Shown: positions 51,651-62,518, numbered from the stretch's first letter. The stretch: DNA of 64,000 nt from a bacterium (GCA_965261595.1 CBDHDG010000002.1:224001-288000), one strand, 5' to 3'. Translations and numbers: made by a program. Notes: generated by a model from the sequence alone, not told the origin.

Positions 51651-51859
51651 AACTATCTCCTTTGTCCCAAACCCTTATTTACCCAGAAAACCTAAAGCCA
51701 GCAAAACGGTCATGATCTTTCGGTACATTGTGACATCCTCCCTTTTCCGTCCCCCTCGAGAGCGAGAGTGAGCGGCCTTCCCCGACCGTTGGAGACGCAA
51801 TTCCCCTTTGGGCCCTGGTAGAGTCAGAATGCGCATAATGCTAACATTATGTGATCAAA

Positions 51860-52257
51860 CCGGAATTTCCCATATCAACTTGCTTGGGTGGTTTCCGGTC
51901 CCCTTTCCCGATGAAAACCAGTTGACCCCCTTCCGATGGGTCTGTCAAGAGCCTTCCAACCCTCCGCAACAAGGTGCTGACGGCCATCGACTGCCCCAAA
52001 AGGCGGACCCTCGCCCTTCGGTCCCCTTTATTCGCGGTTCAACCCGTTAACCAATCACCTCATGCTGCCGGGAACCCTCTGCACAAGGTTAGACCGGCAC
52101 CGGCCGTAATCGGTTGATTCGGTCCAGGATGATGGCGAACTCTTCCCTGGATACCGCTACTTCGGCCAATTGAAAGATGATCTGCCGGGCGTGCCGCACA
52201 ATCCTCCCGCCCATTTTGATGAGCTTGACCTGGAGGCTTCGGAGCGACCAGTGCTTG
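51860..52257 (-). mobile_element. IS1380-family 3-prime remnant
   Basis: 52089-52256 encodes KHWSLRSLQVKLIKMGGRIVRHARQIIFQLAEVAV...RLRPVPV*, typical IS1380 C-terminus; end CCGGAATTTCCCAT at 51860. Confidence 0.8.
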
Positions 52258-52258
52258 A

Positions 52259-53664
52259 GTGGACCGCCCCTGGGTTATTGGACACTCGGGTGAGGGTATT
52301 CGACCTCATGCGGCCTCCGCAACTTGAGCGAGTTTTTCCTGCCTTGCCTGGGCCGGCGTTCGGTAGCCGTAGCCCTCGAGAATCCAATGATGGTTGTACA
52401 GGTTCTTGAACTCAAGCAGCGCCCACCGCAGTTCCTCTACGGTGGCGAAAGAGCGCACCCACAGGAGATTCTCCTTCAAGATGCGGATGAACCACTCACA
52501 GTAGCCATTTCCCTCGGGCGCCCGCACGAAGCTGGGCGAACTGGTCATGCCCAGGTAGGCGATCTCCCGCTGAAAGTCATCGGACAGATAGGCGGGGCCG
52601 TGGTCGTGACGAACTTTAAGCCCCTCGGCGACGTCCGCCTCCAAGCCGGCGAAGCGCTCGGCGACCCCCTGCCGGATCGGCTCCAGGGCCTCGAAGCGGT
52701 TGCCGCTCTTGGCCGCATGGATCCCCACGCAGTCCACCGAGCAGTGATCCACCGCCACGAACACCGAGGCCATCCCCTCCTCGGTGGTCACCGTCGTCGT
52801 CATGTCCGTGCCCCACATTCGGTCGGGCCGCTCGGTGCGGATGGTCCCGTTGTGGGCCTTGGGACCTCGGGGTTTGCCCACCCGGTGGGGGGCCTGAAGC
52901 CCCGCCTCCCGCATCAGGCGACGCACCCGCTCCTTGCTGGTGCGGATGCCCGCGAAGCGCAGCCTCGCCCACACCTTGCGGTAGCCCTCGCCATGGAAGG
53001 GAGAGTCCTCCAGGACCTGCCGGATGTGGCCGAGGAGTTCCGCATCGGTGCACGGGCCCACAGGGCCGCGCTTATTGGGCGTGGGGCGTTCATGAACGGG
53101 GACCGCCTCTCGCCGCCGTTGCGCGTAGACCGTGGAGCGCGCCAAGCCCCAAAGGGCGCACACCCGCTTCAGGCCGTAGGCTCTGCCCGTGGAGGTGAAG
53201 CGGGCCTGACTCATCGCCTCCACCTCCTGCCGGCTAAAGGGCGGCCGGCCTCCAGGCGGTCGATCTTCTCCCGCAGGACCTCGCCCTCCATCGTGAGTTC
53301 GCCCACCTTGGCCTTGAGCCGGGCGTTCTCCTCGTCCCGCTCATCCGCCGGGCGGGCTTTGAGCGCCGCCTCGCCCCCGCGAAGGAACGCCTCGCGCCAG
53401 GCGGAAAGCCGAGCCGCTGTCGTGCCCAACTCGCGGCAGAGCGTCTCCAGGCTCTCGCCCCGCAAAAGACGCAGGACCGCCTCCCGCTTGCGCTGGCAGG
53501 AGAACCGACCCCGCTCACTGCGATGCCCTGGGGCCTTGGCTCCGTTCGCCCTGCGGGCGCCCTCCGCCAAAGCCCCCTCTTGCTTTTGTTCGTTCATCGC
53601 GACACCCCTTTCTCCATGAATCATGGATCAATCGAGTGTCCAACAAAACCCTAGAGCGGGGGAC
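52259..53664 (-). mobile_element. IS3-family element (orfA 53211-53597, orfB 52306-53223)
   Basis: Inverted ends sharing GGGTT..TTGGACACTCG; GYRKVW, WGTDMT, RHDHG, NGYCE DDE motifs; no target duplication. Confidence 0.9.
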
Positions 53665-53943
53665 TTGGGACATCTCGGAGACCGGCATTTAGCCGCGATG
53701 AAGGCCGCGGTAAACGCGGGTGGAGAAGCCGGCCCGGTTTACTCGGCCGGCATACTCCTTGTCGATAAGATGTCATGGCCGATAGCCGACCTGCGTATAG
53801 ACTGGCATAAGGCGGGAGATCCGGTCGATGAACTCGAAAAACTATGGGGGATCTATTCTCCGCAATTGAACGACTATGTCAGTCGAGCCCTCAATCCTTC
53901 CTCAGCGCCGCGCTATTTAGCGCAGCATCTTGGAGAAAAATAA
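53665..53943 (+). pseudogene. DUF1028-family C-terminal fragment
   Basis: AGGEAGPVYSAG...WPIADLRIDW...DYVSRALNP; begins at the IS3 end. Confidence 0.7.
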
Positions 53944-54215
53944 ATCTGTCCACTTTCTTCTTAATTTTTCCTTCTTTTTTTCTTAATTTTTCTATTTTTC
54001 TCCCTTTTTCTCCTCGGATTTGAAATGGGAAATTCCGGCTTGAATCTGTGGTAAACTGGGACACCTTGTTAACACACAAGGACCGCAGCATTGCAAAACT
54101 GTGGTCATTTGGGAAATGCCGGATAAAGGCGTTAGAGGGACCACGTAGATTAGGTTGGAAAGCATCGGGGGTAACCGGAAAATTAGCCTGAGAAGGCTTT
54201 TATGGAGGTGTTCTC

Positions 54216-55409
54216 GTGGATTGGGATGAATTCCGCAACAAGATCCCCGCCTTGCGGGGGAAGGGGCTGTGGTACGGGATTGCCGCCGTGGTGGTCATCT
54301 GGCTGCTCACGGGGATCTACCAGGTGGGCCCCGACGAGAAAGGGGTGGTGCTGCGGTACGGCCGCCTGAGCGCCATCACCGATTCGGGCATCAACTACCA
54401 CTTGCCCTACCCCTTCGAGACCGTCTTCAAACCGAAGGTGACCGAGGTCAAGCGGATCGAGGTCGGCTTCCGGACGCTCGACCCCGGTCCGCCGGCCCGC
54501 TACGCCGACCGTCCCCAGGAATCCCTGATGCTGACCGGTGACGAGAACATTGTGGACGTCGACCTCATCGTCCAGTACCGAATCGCCGACGCGGCCAAGT
54601 ACCTGTTCCGGGTCAAGGACCCGGACGGGACGGTGCGCAAGGCGACCGAAGCGGCCATCCGCGAGGTGGTCGGGAGCAAGGTCATCGACGAGACCCTCAC
54701 AACGGGCAAGGACCAGATCCAAGCCGAGACCATGGCGCTCGTCCAGAAGATCCTGGACCGGTACGATTCCGGGCTCCTCATCACGGCCCTCCAGCTCCAG
54801 GACGTGAATCCGCCCACGCAGGTCCGGGACGCATTCATCGACGTGGCGAGCGCCCGCGAGGACAAAAACCGGATCATCAACGAGGCCCAGGGCTACAGAA
54901 ACGCCATCATCCCGGAGACCCGCGGAAAGGTGTCCCAGGTCATCAACGAGGCCCAGGGCTACCGCGCCGAGAAGACCCGAAAGGCGACCGGAGACGCCGA
55001 CCGTTTCAAGCAGATCCTGCGCGAATACCAGAAGGCCAAGAGCGTCACCCGCAAGCGGCTCTACCTGGAAACCATGGAAGAGATCCTGCCGGGGATCAAG
55101 AAGATCATCCTGGACCAGCAAAAGAGCGGAGTCCTCCCCATCCTTTCGCTCGGCCAGGACGTCGGCAAGGCGCTCTTCGGCTTGAAGGAAACCCGGGTTG
55201 AATCTGTCGGAGGGATTAGACAAACAGAACCCAAAACAGAAAAAGAAATTGAAGGGGCAGTTTTTTCTCGTATAAGAGCCATGCGCGCCTTGGGTAAAAC
55301 GAAAATCAAGATCCAGGAAATTGCTGAGTCGCTGTCCCTGTCGGTAAAGGATGTCAACAGGGCTATTATTCGCCTAAAGAACAAAGGGATAAGAATATTC
55401 GGCGGGTAA
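54216..55409 (+). CDS. hflK: FtsH modulator HflK with atypical HTH-like C-terminal tail
   Basis: TM helix, GVVLRYG, MLTGDENIV, QDVNPP.QV.DAF, EAQGY, RLYLETMEEI; GGAGG RBS; no hflC follows. Confidence 0.88.
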   Translation: MDWDEFRNKIPALRGKGLWYGIAAVVVIWLLTGIYQVGPDEKGVVLRYGRLSAITDSGINYHLPYPFETVFKPKVTEVKRIEVGFRTLDPGPPARYADRPQESLMLTGDENIVDVDLIVQYRIADAAKYLFRVKDPDGTVRKATEAAIREVVGSKVIDETLTTGKDQIQAETMALVQKILDRYDSGLLITALQLQDVNPPTQVRDAFIDVASAREDKNRIINEAQGYRNAIIPETRGKVSQVINEAQGYRAEKTRKATGDADRFKQILREYQKAKSVTRKRLYLETMEEILPGIKKIILDQQKSGVLPILSLGQDVGKALFGLKETRVESVGGIRQTEPKTEKEIEGAVFSRIRAMRALGKTKIKIQEIAESLSLSVKDVNRAIIRLKNKGIRIFGG

Positions 55410-55469
55410 TGAAAAATATCATCTCTATTCCGATTAAGTGCGTTAACAAGGCGTGGTGGGGTAAATTAG

Positions 55470-55704
55470 CCCGAATTTCCCATATGGACGATAATTTTTG
55501 ACACCCCGAAGGCCGTTTTCTTGTGTAAAATAAAGGTGTTGGCCTCCCTGCGCCACCTCTGAGCAGGGAAACCCAATGGGTGAAGCGAAAAAGACGGCTT
55601 TGAGGGTCCTTTTTGACCGTCGGCTGAGGCTTGAGTTTCACGGAACCAGAATCACTTCGGATGCGGGATTCCTGGCCTGCCGGATTTGAATTGGAAAATC
55701 CCGG
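55470..55704 (+). mobile_element. Internally deleted IS1380 (both ends plus first ~36 codons)
   Basis: CCCGAATTTCCCAT left end; 55576-55689 encodes MGEAKKTALRVLFDRRLRLEFHGTRITSDAGFLACRI*; right end TTGGAAAATCCCGG. Confidence 0.75.
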
Positions 55705-55784
55705 TCCGCCGCTTTCAGGCACGAAGGCAGCGCTCTGTCTCAATCCATAAACGGTTCGAAGGCTCCGGGCGCTCTGGGGGGACG

Positions 55785-56135
55785 ATGAAGCTTCTTTCGG
55801 TGAACGTATCGGCGGCCAAGGAAGTCGAGCACGGCGGCAAGACCACCTCGACAGGAATCTTCAAGGAACCCGTACGCGGACGTGTGATGCTCCGGACGCT
55901 GAATCTGGACGGAGATGACCAGGCGGACCGGAGGGTCCACGGCGGAATCCACGCTGCCGTCTACGTCTACACCATCGAGCATTACGACTATTGGAAGGAC
56001 GAGCTCGGCCGGGACGACCTCTCAGCCGGCCATTTCGGCGAGAACTTCACGGTGGAGGGGATGCCCGAGGACGCGGTCCACCACGAGCCTGTCACGGAAT
56101 CGTTGGTGAGAAATCCAGGCTGGACCCCCGTCTAA
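55785..56135 (+). pseudogene. MOSC-domain (YiiM-like) protein, 3-prime truncated
   Basis: LSVNV, TGIFKEP, GDDQADRRVHGG, FGENFT; stops before the QPRxPC motif at an IS1380-type end GTGAGAAATCCAGG (56106-56119). Confidence 0.8.
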
Positions 56136-56140
56136 AACTG

Positions 56141-58384
56141 CTACGCCCCGGCCTGCGGGAGCTTCGGAAAGAGCTCTCTCTGGACTTACCCCGGTTTCGT
56201 GGAGAGTTAAGCACTTGGGTTTTCAGGGTGTGCGTTGTTGTCTCCTTTCGTAGTTAACGGGTGACAGGTTGTCGATGGAGGAGTGCCGACGATGCGGGTT
56301 GTAGAAGCCCTTGATGAACCCGAACACCTCCATGCGCGCCTCGGCCCGGGTGCGGAAACTGTGGCGAGCGAGGAGCTCGCACTCCAGCGTGGCGAAAAAG
56401 CTCTCACACAGCGCGTTGTCGTAGCAGTCCCCGACCGAACCCATGGAGGGACGCCCGCCCGCCTGGCGGCAGCGCTGCCCAAAGGCGACCGAGGTGTACT
56501 GCGTGCCCTGGTCGGAGTGGTGGATGACGGCCCGGGGACGGCGCTTATACAGCGCCATGTCGAGCGCGTCGAGCACCAACTCGGCCCGCAGGTGTGTGGC
56601 CATCGACCACCCCACGATGCGCCGGCTGAACGCATCGAGCGCCACGGCCAGATACAAAAACCCCGCCCATGTCGGAACGTAGGTGATGTCGGCCACCCAC
56701 AGCCGGTCGGGGGCCTCGGCCGTGAAGTTGCGGTCCACCAGATCAGGGGCCGGCCGCGCCTCCTGCCGGCGCTGCGTCGTGCGCGCTCCCTTGCGCCGAC
56801 TGACGCCCGCAAGTCCCGCCCCACGCATCAGCCTGGCGACGCGCTTGCGGCCCACACGCACTCCCTCAGCCTCCAACTCGGCATGGACGCGCGGCACGCC
56901 GTAAGTCCCCCGAGAACGCTCGTGGATCGCCTGAATGCGTTTGGTGAGCGCCCGATCGGCACACGAGCGGGCACACGGCGCGCGCCTGCGCCACGCGTAG
57001 TAGCCGCTGGAGGAGACGCCCAGCACCCGGCACATGGTGGCGGTCCGATACATGGCCTGGTTCGCCCTCACGAACCCGTAGATCCGGACGGGATCGAATC
57101 GGTCTCCCGAGCAAACCAGGCCGCGGCTTTTGCTAAGATCTCCCGCTCCTGGCGGAGCTGTCGGTTCTCGCGGCGAAGTCGGCGCAACTCCTCCCGCTCA
57201 TCGCTCGTGAGCCCGTCTTTGCGACGCCCCTCGTCAACGTCGGCTTGATGGGCCCAGGTGCGGATCGTCTGCGCCGAGGGCTCGAACTCGTGCGCCAGCG
57301 CCTCGGGCGTGCGTCCCGCCCGGACCAACTCTACCATCTGGCAGCGGAACTCCATTGGATAGCGTGGGTGAGTCTGTGGCATCGTGAACACCTCCTTTAC
57401 CCCCAAATCATCAGGTGTCCACCAAACCGGGTCAACTCCACTCGCCGTCCGGTGAAAGATGTCCTCCTTGACCTCCGGCGTCCAGTCCATCCCCTCGACG
57501 ACGCCGATGGCCGGCGTCATGCTCTTGTGAAAGGGGTAGTCGGTGCCGAACAGGAACCGGTCGCAGCCGATGACCTCCTCGGCGCACCGCAGAGAAGGCG
57601 CCTGGAAGCCCAGGCAGTCGTAGTAGAGCCGCTTCAGGTAAGTGGGTCGGCGGATGGGGCAAATCCGTATACGGGCCGCCCCGCGAGAAGGCCGACTCCC
57701 ACTGCCCGGCCAGGTAGGGGACCGCCGCCCCCATGTGCGGGGCGATGAACTTGATGTCCGGAAACCGCTCCAGAATTCCCTTGAAGAGCAGCCGCGCCAC
57801 GGCGGCGGTGGTGTCGAACATGAAACCCACGGCCGAGATCAGGAAGAAGTCCCCGAGCATCTCCGCCCCCTCGGGCACCATCGGGTGGATGAGGACGGGA
57901 AGCCCAAGACGGTTCAGCTCTTCGTAGACCGGGTGGAACGCTTCGTCGTCGAGGGGGCGGCCGGCGACGTTGGCCCCCACGGCGATCCCCCAATGGCCGT
58001 TCTTTTCCACACAGCGTCGAAGCTCCGCCAGGGAGGCGTCGGCCCCGGCGGTCAGCGGCAGACAGGCCTGGCCGCCGAAGCGTCCGGATGGCTGTGACAC
58101 GCCTCGGCGATCCCGTCGTTGGAGATCCGGGCCATTTCGACGGCCGCCCCGGCGTCGTCGAAATAGACCATCGGCCCCACCATGGAGAGAATCTGGAAAT
58201 CCACGCCCTCCTCGTCCATCTTCTCGATCCGGCCGTCCAGGGACCACATGGTCGCGTCGGGAAGGAGGCGGTTTTGCATGTGATCCCGCCAGAAGGGGTC
58301 CCTTTCTGGGCGCGCCGTCGAGAAGGCGGGCGCGCGCTCCAGGTACTCTTTGGAAAAGAAATGGCAGTGCGTGTCCACTTTCAT
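56141..58384 (-). pseudogene. Amidohydrolase_2 protein with two frameshifts and an IS3 insertion
   Basis: VDTHCH, LIHP, PHMG, FGTDYPF in three frames (shifts ~58084 and ~57640); removing the IS restores ...HRTARELFPKLPQAGA* ending at 56141. Confidence 0.85.
56181..57440 (-). mobile_element. Complete IS3-family element (orfA 57068-57382, orfB 56223-57071)
   Basis: TGGACTTACCCCGGTTT / TGGAGTTGACCCGGTTT inverted ends, 3-bp CTC duplication, WVADITY, HHSDQG, DNALCESFF. Confidence 0.95.
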
Positions 58385-59412
58385 GAGGAGGGTGTCCCTT
58401 CGTCGCGGAATTTCGGAGCGACCTCCTCGGCGAGGAGGCGGATCGATTCCATCACCCGTTCGGGATCGGTTCCCGGAAACTGCATCCGGACGACGAGGTG
58501 GGTGTTCCCGAGGGCTTCCTCATACTCCCGGACGCGGCGCGCCACGGTCTCCGGCGAGCCGATGAGAAACCGGTCGCGTAAAACGTCGAGCGCGTCCGCG
58601 CCCGGTTGGATGGGCCTGCCGTCGTCGTCGGTGAGGTGCCCCCAATTCAGGTACTCGCCGTACAGGTAGAGGACCCCTTCCCGCGCCGCTTCCCAGGCTT
58701 CCTCGTCGGTCTCGGCCACGAAGGCTTCCCGCCGGAGGATGATGTCCGGCGGCGTGGCCTCCTTGCCCGCTTCCTTCCAGGCCTCCCGGAAGATGGGCGC
58801 CCGCTTGAGGATGATCCCGAAGGCGGTCACCGGGTCGATGTACCAGCCGTCGGAAAGCCGCGCGGCCCGGCGGATGGCGTTCGGAACCTTGGCCGCGGTC
58901 CAAAGCGGCGGCCGGGGCGTCTGGACCGGCCGGGGCATGAGCGTCACGCCCTCCATCGGGAAATGCGGACCGTCGGAATGGATGTCCCGCTCGCGGAGCA
59001 AGAGGTCGAGGAGGCGGAGGGATTCCTCCATCCGCTCCCCGCGCTCTTCGATGGGGACGTGAAAGGCCGCGAACTCCTCCGGACGGTACCCCATCCCCAC
59101 GCCGAGGGTGACGCGCCCGGCGGACAGGTTGTCCACGACGGCGACCGTCTCCGCGATGACCATGGGGTGATAGAGGGGGAGAAGAAGGATGCCCGTCGCC
59201 AGACGGATGCGCTCGGTCCGGGCCGCGAAGGCGGCCAGCACGGTCAGGGGGGATGGAAAGTACCCGTTATCTTCAACCAAATGGTGCTCGCTGACGAGGG
59301 CGTAATCGATCCCGAGGGCGTCGGCCCGCTCAACCTGGTCGAGCACGTCCCGGCAGATTTGTGTCCACTCGCCGGTCAGGGACTGGATGCTGTACGTGAT
59401 TCCGAATTTCAA
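58381..59412 (-). CDS. LLM-class flavin-dependent oxidoreductase
   Basis: SEHH, ARTERIRLAT, LYHP..IAE, DNLSAGR, GMGYR.EE, PRPVQ. Confidence 0.9.
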   Translation of the reverse strand: MKFGITYSIQSLTGEWTQICRDVLDQVERADALGIDYALVSEHHLVEDNGYFPSPLTVLAAFAARTERIRLATGILLLPLYHPMVIAETVAVVDNLSAGRVTLGVGMGYRPEEFAAFHVPIEERGERMEESLRLLDLLLRERDIHSDGPHFPMEGVTLMPRPVQTPRPPLWTAAKVPNAIRRAARLSDGWYIDPVTAFGIILKRAPIFREAWKEAGKEATPPDIILRREAFVAETDEEAWEAAREGVLYLYGEYLNWGHLTDDDGRPIQPGADALDVLRDRFLIGSPETVARRVREYEEALGNTHLVVRMQFPGTDPERVMESIRLLAEEVAPKFRDEGTPSS

Positions 59413-59590
59413 AAGTTCCGCCTTTCAGGGATGAGAAATCGGCTGGAAACGATGGACCCGTGCGTGAAACCCGCAAGCCACGATCTCTGGCAAATCATCG
59501 GGAGGTTGTCAACGAACGCACCCACTCCCGCGGCGCCGGCCGAGGCGGCGGAAAAAGAAACATGCGTCCTCCGTTCGGCCGGATGGACGC

Positions 59591-60454
59591 TCAACTCATC
59601 CAAATGCATGAAGCGCCCGCGACGACGATGATTCCGCCCGCCCCCACCTTCCAGGTGACGTTCTCTTTCGATTGGAGAAAAAGGAAGCTGAGCGCCACCG
59701 AGAAGAGCGGAAATAAGCCGATCAGCGGGGCCACCTGGCTCACCTCTCCTCCCTTCAGCGCCATGAAACTGGTCATGTAGGCCATCGACAGGAGAATCCC
59801 CGAAGCGCAAAAGAAACAAAGACTCTTCCCGGGCAGGACGGCCCGCTTCCTGACCTTCGGCAGCAGGTAGGGGAGGTTGAGCGCCACACCGGCGACTGAC
59901 GCGGTGACGGCCGCCGTCGCCAAGGGGAGCGGAATGAACTGGAGTCCGAATTTGCCCGCGATGTCCCGGGCGGCGAAGAAGAAGGCCGCGCCCAGGGGAT
60001 AGAGGATCGCCCGGCTCCCCCAACCCTTTCCCGCCTCCCGCCTGTGGGTCAGCAGGGCGATTCCCGCGACGATCCCGATCGTCCCGACGACCGCCAGCGC
60101 CGAGGGCCGTTCACCGAAGGTCATGACGGCGAGGAGGACCGCGAACAGCGGCATCGCGCCGGCGATCACGTCCGAGCAGGCCATCCCGATGCGCCGGTAT
60201 CCCAGCATCAGGAGGTTTCTGGCCAGGGAGGGGGCGAAAACGCCGGCCAGGAGAAAGGGCCAGATGTGAACCGAGAAAATGGGCTGGACGGGCGAATACA
60301 ACAGGGCCAGGCCCCAAAGGAAGAGGGCGTTGGTTGTCGCGATCACCGAGACGCCGACGGCGGGAGACGATCCTTCCAGGCCGAGGCGCGAGAAAAAGTT
60401 GTTGAGCGCATACGCAAGGGCCGCGATGACCGCCAGGAGGGGAGGGCTGATCAA
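59591..60454 (-). CDS. DMT/EamA-family transporter
   Basis: About ten hydrophobic helices in two repeats (FGE, FLQSKE); probable TTG start at 60454. Confidence 0.85.
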   Translation of the reverse strand: MISPPLLAVIAALAYALNNFFSRLGLEGSSPAVGVSVIATTNALFLWGLALLYSPVQPIFSVHIWPFLLAGVFAPSLARNLLMLGYRRIGMACSDVIAGAMPLFAVLLAVMTFGERPSALAVVGTIGIVAGIALLTHRREAGKGWGSRAILYPLGAAFFFAARDIAGKFGLQFIPLPLATAAVTASVAGVALNLPYLLPKVRKRAVLPGKSLCFFCASGILLSMAYMTSFMALKGGEVSQVAPLIGLFPLFSVALSFLFLQSKENVTWKVGAGGIIVVAGASCIWMS

Positions 60455-60473
60455 TGAATTTTGCTCCCGGCGA

Positions 60474-61394
60474 TCATGGCCGGGGGGCCAGTTGGGTCCG
60501 CTTGCCCGCTTTGAGGACGTGGCTGGGGAGGTCGTGGTCCACCAATGTGGCGGCGAAGCGCGCGCAATCGAGCAGGGCGTCCAGATCCACGCCCGTTCGG
60601 ACCCCCATCTCCTCGAGCATGTAGACCAAGTCCTCGGTGGCGATGTTTCCGGTCGCCCCCGGCGCGTAAGGACAGCCCCCCAGGCCGCCGATGGAGGCGT
60701 CATAGCTCAGGACCCCCGCTTCCATCCCCGCCAGGACGTTGGCCAGACCGGTTCCGCGCGTGTCGTGGAAATGCAGCGTCAGGGAAACCTCGGGAAACGC
60801 TTCGAGGATGGCCCGGACGGTTCGGTGCACCTGCGCCGGGTTGGCCATCCCGGTCGTGTCTCCCAGGAGGATGTTCCGGATGCCCAGCTCCCGATAACCC
60901 CGGATGACGCGGAATATCCGCTCCGGGGAGACATCCCCCTCATAGGGGCACCCGAAGGCCACGACGACCGATCCCTTGACGGCGATTTCGGCGGCGGCGG
61001 CGGTTTCCACGATCCCCCGGATGTGCTCCAACGATTCGGCGACGGACATGCGCACGTTCGCCTGGTTGTGGGTTTCGGTGGCGGAGATGAAGATGCCGAT
61101 CCGGTTCATGCCGGCCTCGGCGGCGCGCTCGGCCCCCTTCACGTTGGGGACGATGGCCTCGTATCGGACTCCCGGGGCGCGCTCAATCCCGCCCATGGTC
61201 TCCGCCGCGTCCCGAAGCTGGGGGATGGCCTTGGGATGGACAAAGGACGTGGCCTCGATGCGCTTCAGGCCGGATCGCGAGAGGAGGTCGATGAGCTTGA
61301 TCTTGTCGGCGGTCTCGACCCAGCGGTCCTCCGCCTGAAGACCGTCCCGGGGTCCGACCTCCCGGACCATGACCTCAGCGGGAAGCGTTTCCAT
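60474..61394 (-). CDS. Hydroxymethylglutaryl-CoA lyase family
   Basis: EVGPRDGLQ, SFVHP..IPQ, FGCPYEG, GDTTG, HFHDTRG, GGLGGCPYAPGATGN. Confidence 0.92.
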   Translation of the reverse strand: METLPAEVMVREVGPRDGLQAEDRWVETADKIKLIDLLSRSGLKRIEATSFVHPKAIPQLRDAAETMGGIERAPGVRYEAIVPNVKGAERAAEAGMNRIGIFISATETHNQANVRMSVAESLEHIRGIVETAAAAEIAVKGSVVVAFGCPYEGDVSPERIFRVIRGYRELGIRNILLGDTTGMANPAQVHRTVRAILEAFPEVSLTLHFHDTRGTGLANVLAGMEAGVLSYDASIGGLGGCPYAPGATGNIATEDLVYMLEEMGVRTGVDLDALLDCARFAATLVDHDLPSHVLKAGKRTQLAPRP

Positions 61395-61517
61395 CAATTC
61401 ATCGTCTCCTGCTCAAGTTGTCGAGAAAGGTTTCTCAAACCAACCTCATGCGCGGAGGCTGAGGGTCAACCGACCCGCGCTATATTGAAACATGCGGGTT
61501 GCCCCCCCCCTCCCTCC

Positions 61518-62330
61518 TCATTTCCCCTGGAACCTCGGCGCGCGTTTTTCCGCGAAGGCGCGGAGGCCCTCGTTTCGGTCTTCGGTGGATAAGGTCGCGT
61601 CATAGGCCTCCCGCTCCAGCTTCAGTCCGCCCGGCAGGTCCATCTCGACGCCGTTGTCGATGGCCCGTTTGGCTTGCCGCAGGGCGATGGGGGCGTTGGC
61701 GACGATGGCCCTGACGGTCTTCTCGGTTTCCTCGTCCAGCGTGTCGGCGGGGACAACGCGCGCGACCAGGCCCAGGCGTTCGGCCTCGGCCGCGTCGATC
61801 CGCCGGGCGGTGAAGATCAGCTCCTTGGCCTTGGCGCGTCCGATCCGTCTCGGTAGAAGCTGGGTGCCCCCGCCGCCGGGGATGATGCCCAGCGCCGTCT
61901 CCGTCAGGCCGAGGACGGCGTCCACCGACGCGATGATGAAGTCGCAATTGAGCGCGAACTCCAGCCCGCCGCCCAGGGCGTATCCCCTCACCGCCGCGAT
62001 GATCGGTTTGGGGAAAAAGGTGACGAGGTCGTGGGCCTCTTCCAGCATGGCGCGGAGGCGCCGGACCTCTTCCATCGGGAGGGTCTTGCGCTCTTTAAGG
62101 TCGGCCCCCACGCAAAACGCCCGCCCGCCCGCGCTTCGCAGGACCGCCGCCCAGACATCGTCTTCGCCGGAAAGCCGGCGGAAGACCTCGATGAGCTGGT
62201 CCACCATCTCCCGGTTGTACGCGTTCAAGACTTCCGGGCGGTTGAGGGTGACGTACGCGACGCGCCCGCTGACTTCGACCTCGACGTGGCTCACGGCTTC
62301 GAATGTCTCCCGGCCGGGTAGGGGGGTCAC
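61518..62330 (-). CDS. Enoyl-CoA hydratase (crotonase family)
   Basis: LNRPEVLNA, FCVGADLKE, GGGLE, ETALGIIPGGGGTQ; start may be GTG 62294. Confidence 0.92.
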   Translation of the reverse strand: MTPLPGRETFEAVSHVEVEVSGRVAYVTLNRPEVLNAYNREMVDQLIEVFRRLSGEDDVWAAVLRSAGGRAFCVGADLKERKTLPMEEVRRLRAMLEEAHDLVTFFPKPIIAAVRGYALGGGLEFALNCDFIIASVDAVLGLTETALGIIPGGGGTQLLPRRIGRAKAKELIFTARRIDAAEAERLGLVARVVPADTLDEETEKTVRAIVANAPIALRQAKRAIDNGVEMDLPGGLKLEREAYDATLSTEDRNEGLRAFAEKRAPRFQGK

Positions 62331-62398
62331 CGACCCCGAGGGTCAACCGACCAAACGCCCGGCCAATTCAGTTTTCTCGGTTCTCCATACTGAGGGCA

Positions 62399-62476
62399 GG
62401 CGGGCAAGATGCCCGCCCCACCACATTTTCGGACCCCTTTCCATCAATGGGGTAGGCCGGGCATCTTGCCCGGCCG
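62399..62476. repeat. GTAG-type REP pair
   Basis: GGCGGGCAAGATGCCCGCCCCACC and GGTAGGCCGGGCATCTTGCCCGGCC. Confidence 0.7.
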
Positions 62477-62518
62477 GGATTTATAAAACCCCCTATCTAC
62501 AAGGTCGTTTCCATCAAA

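Noticed and set aside
49600..57440. Prophage or integrative element
   Set aside because: No integrase, terminase, structural or conjugation genes; only IS elements and fragments
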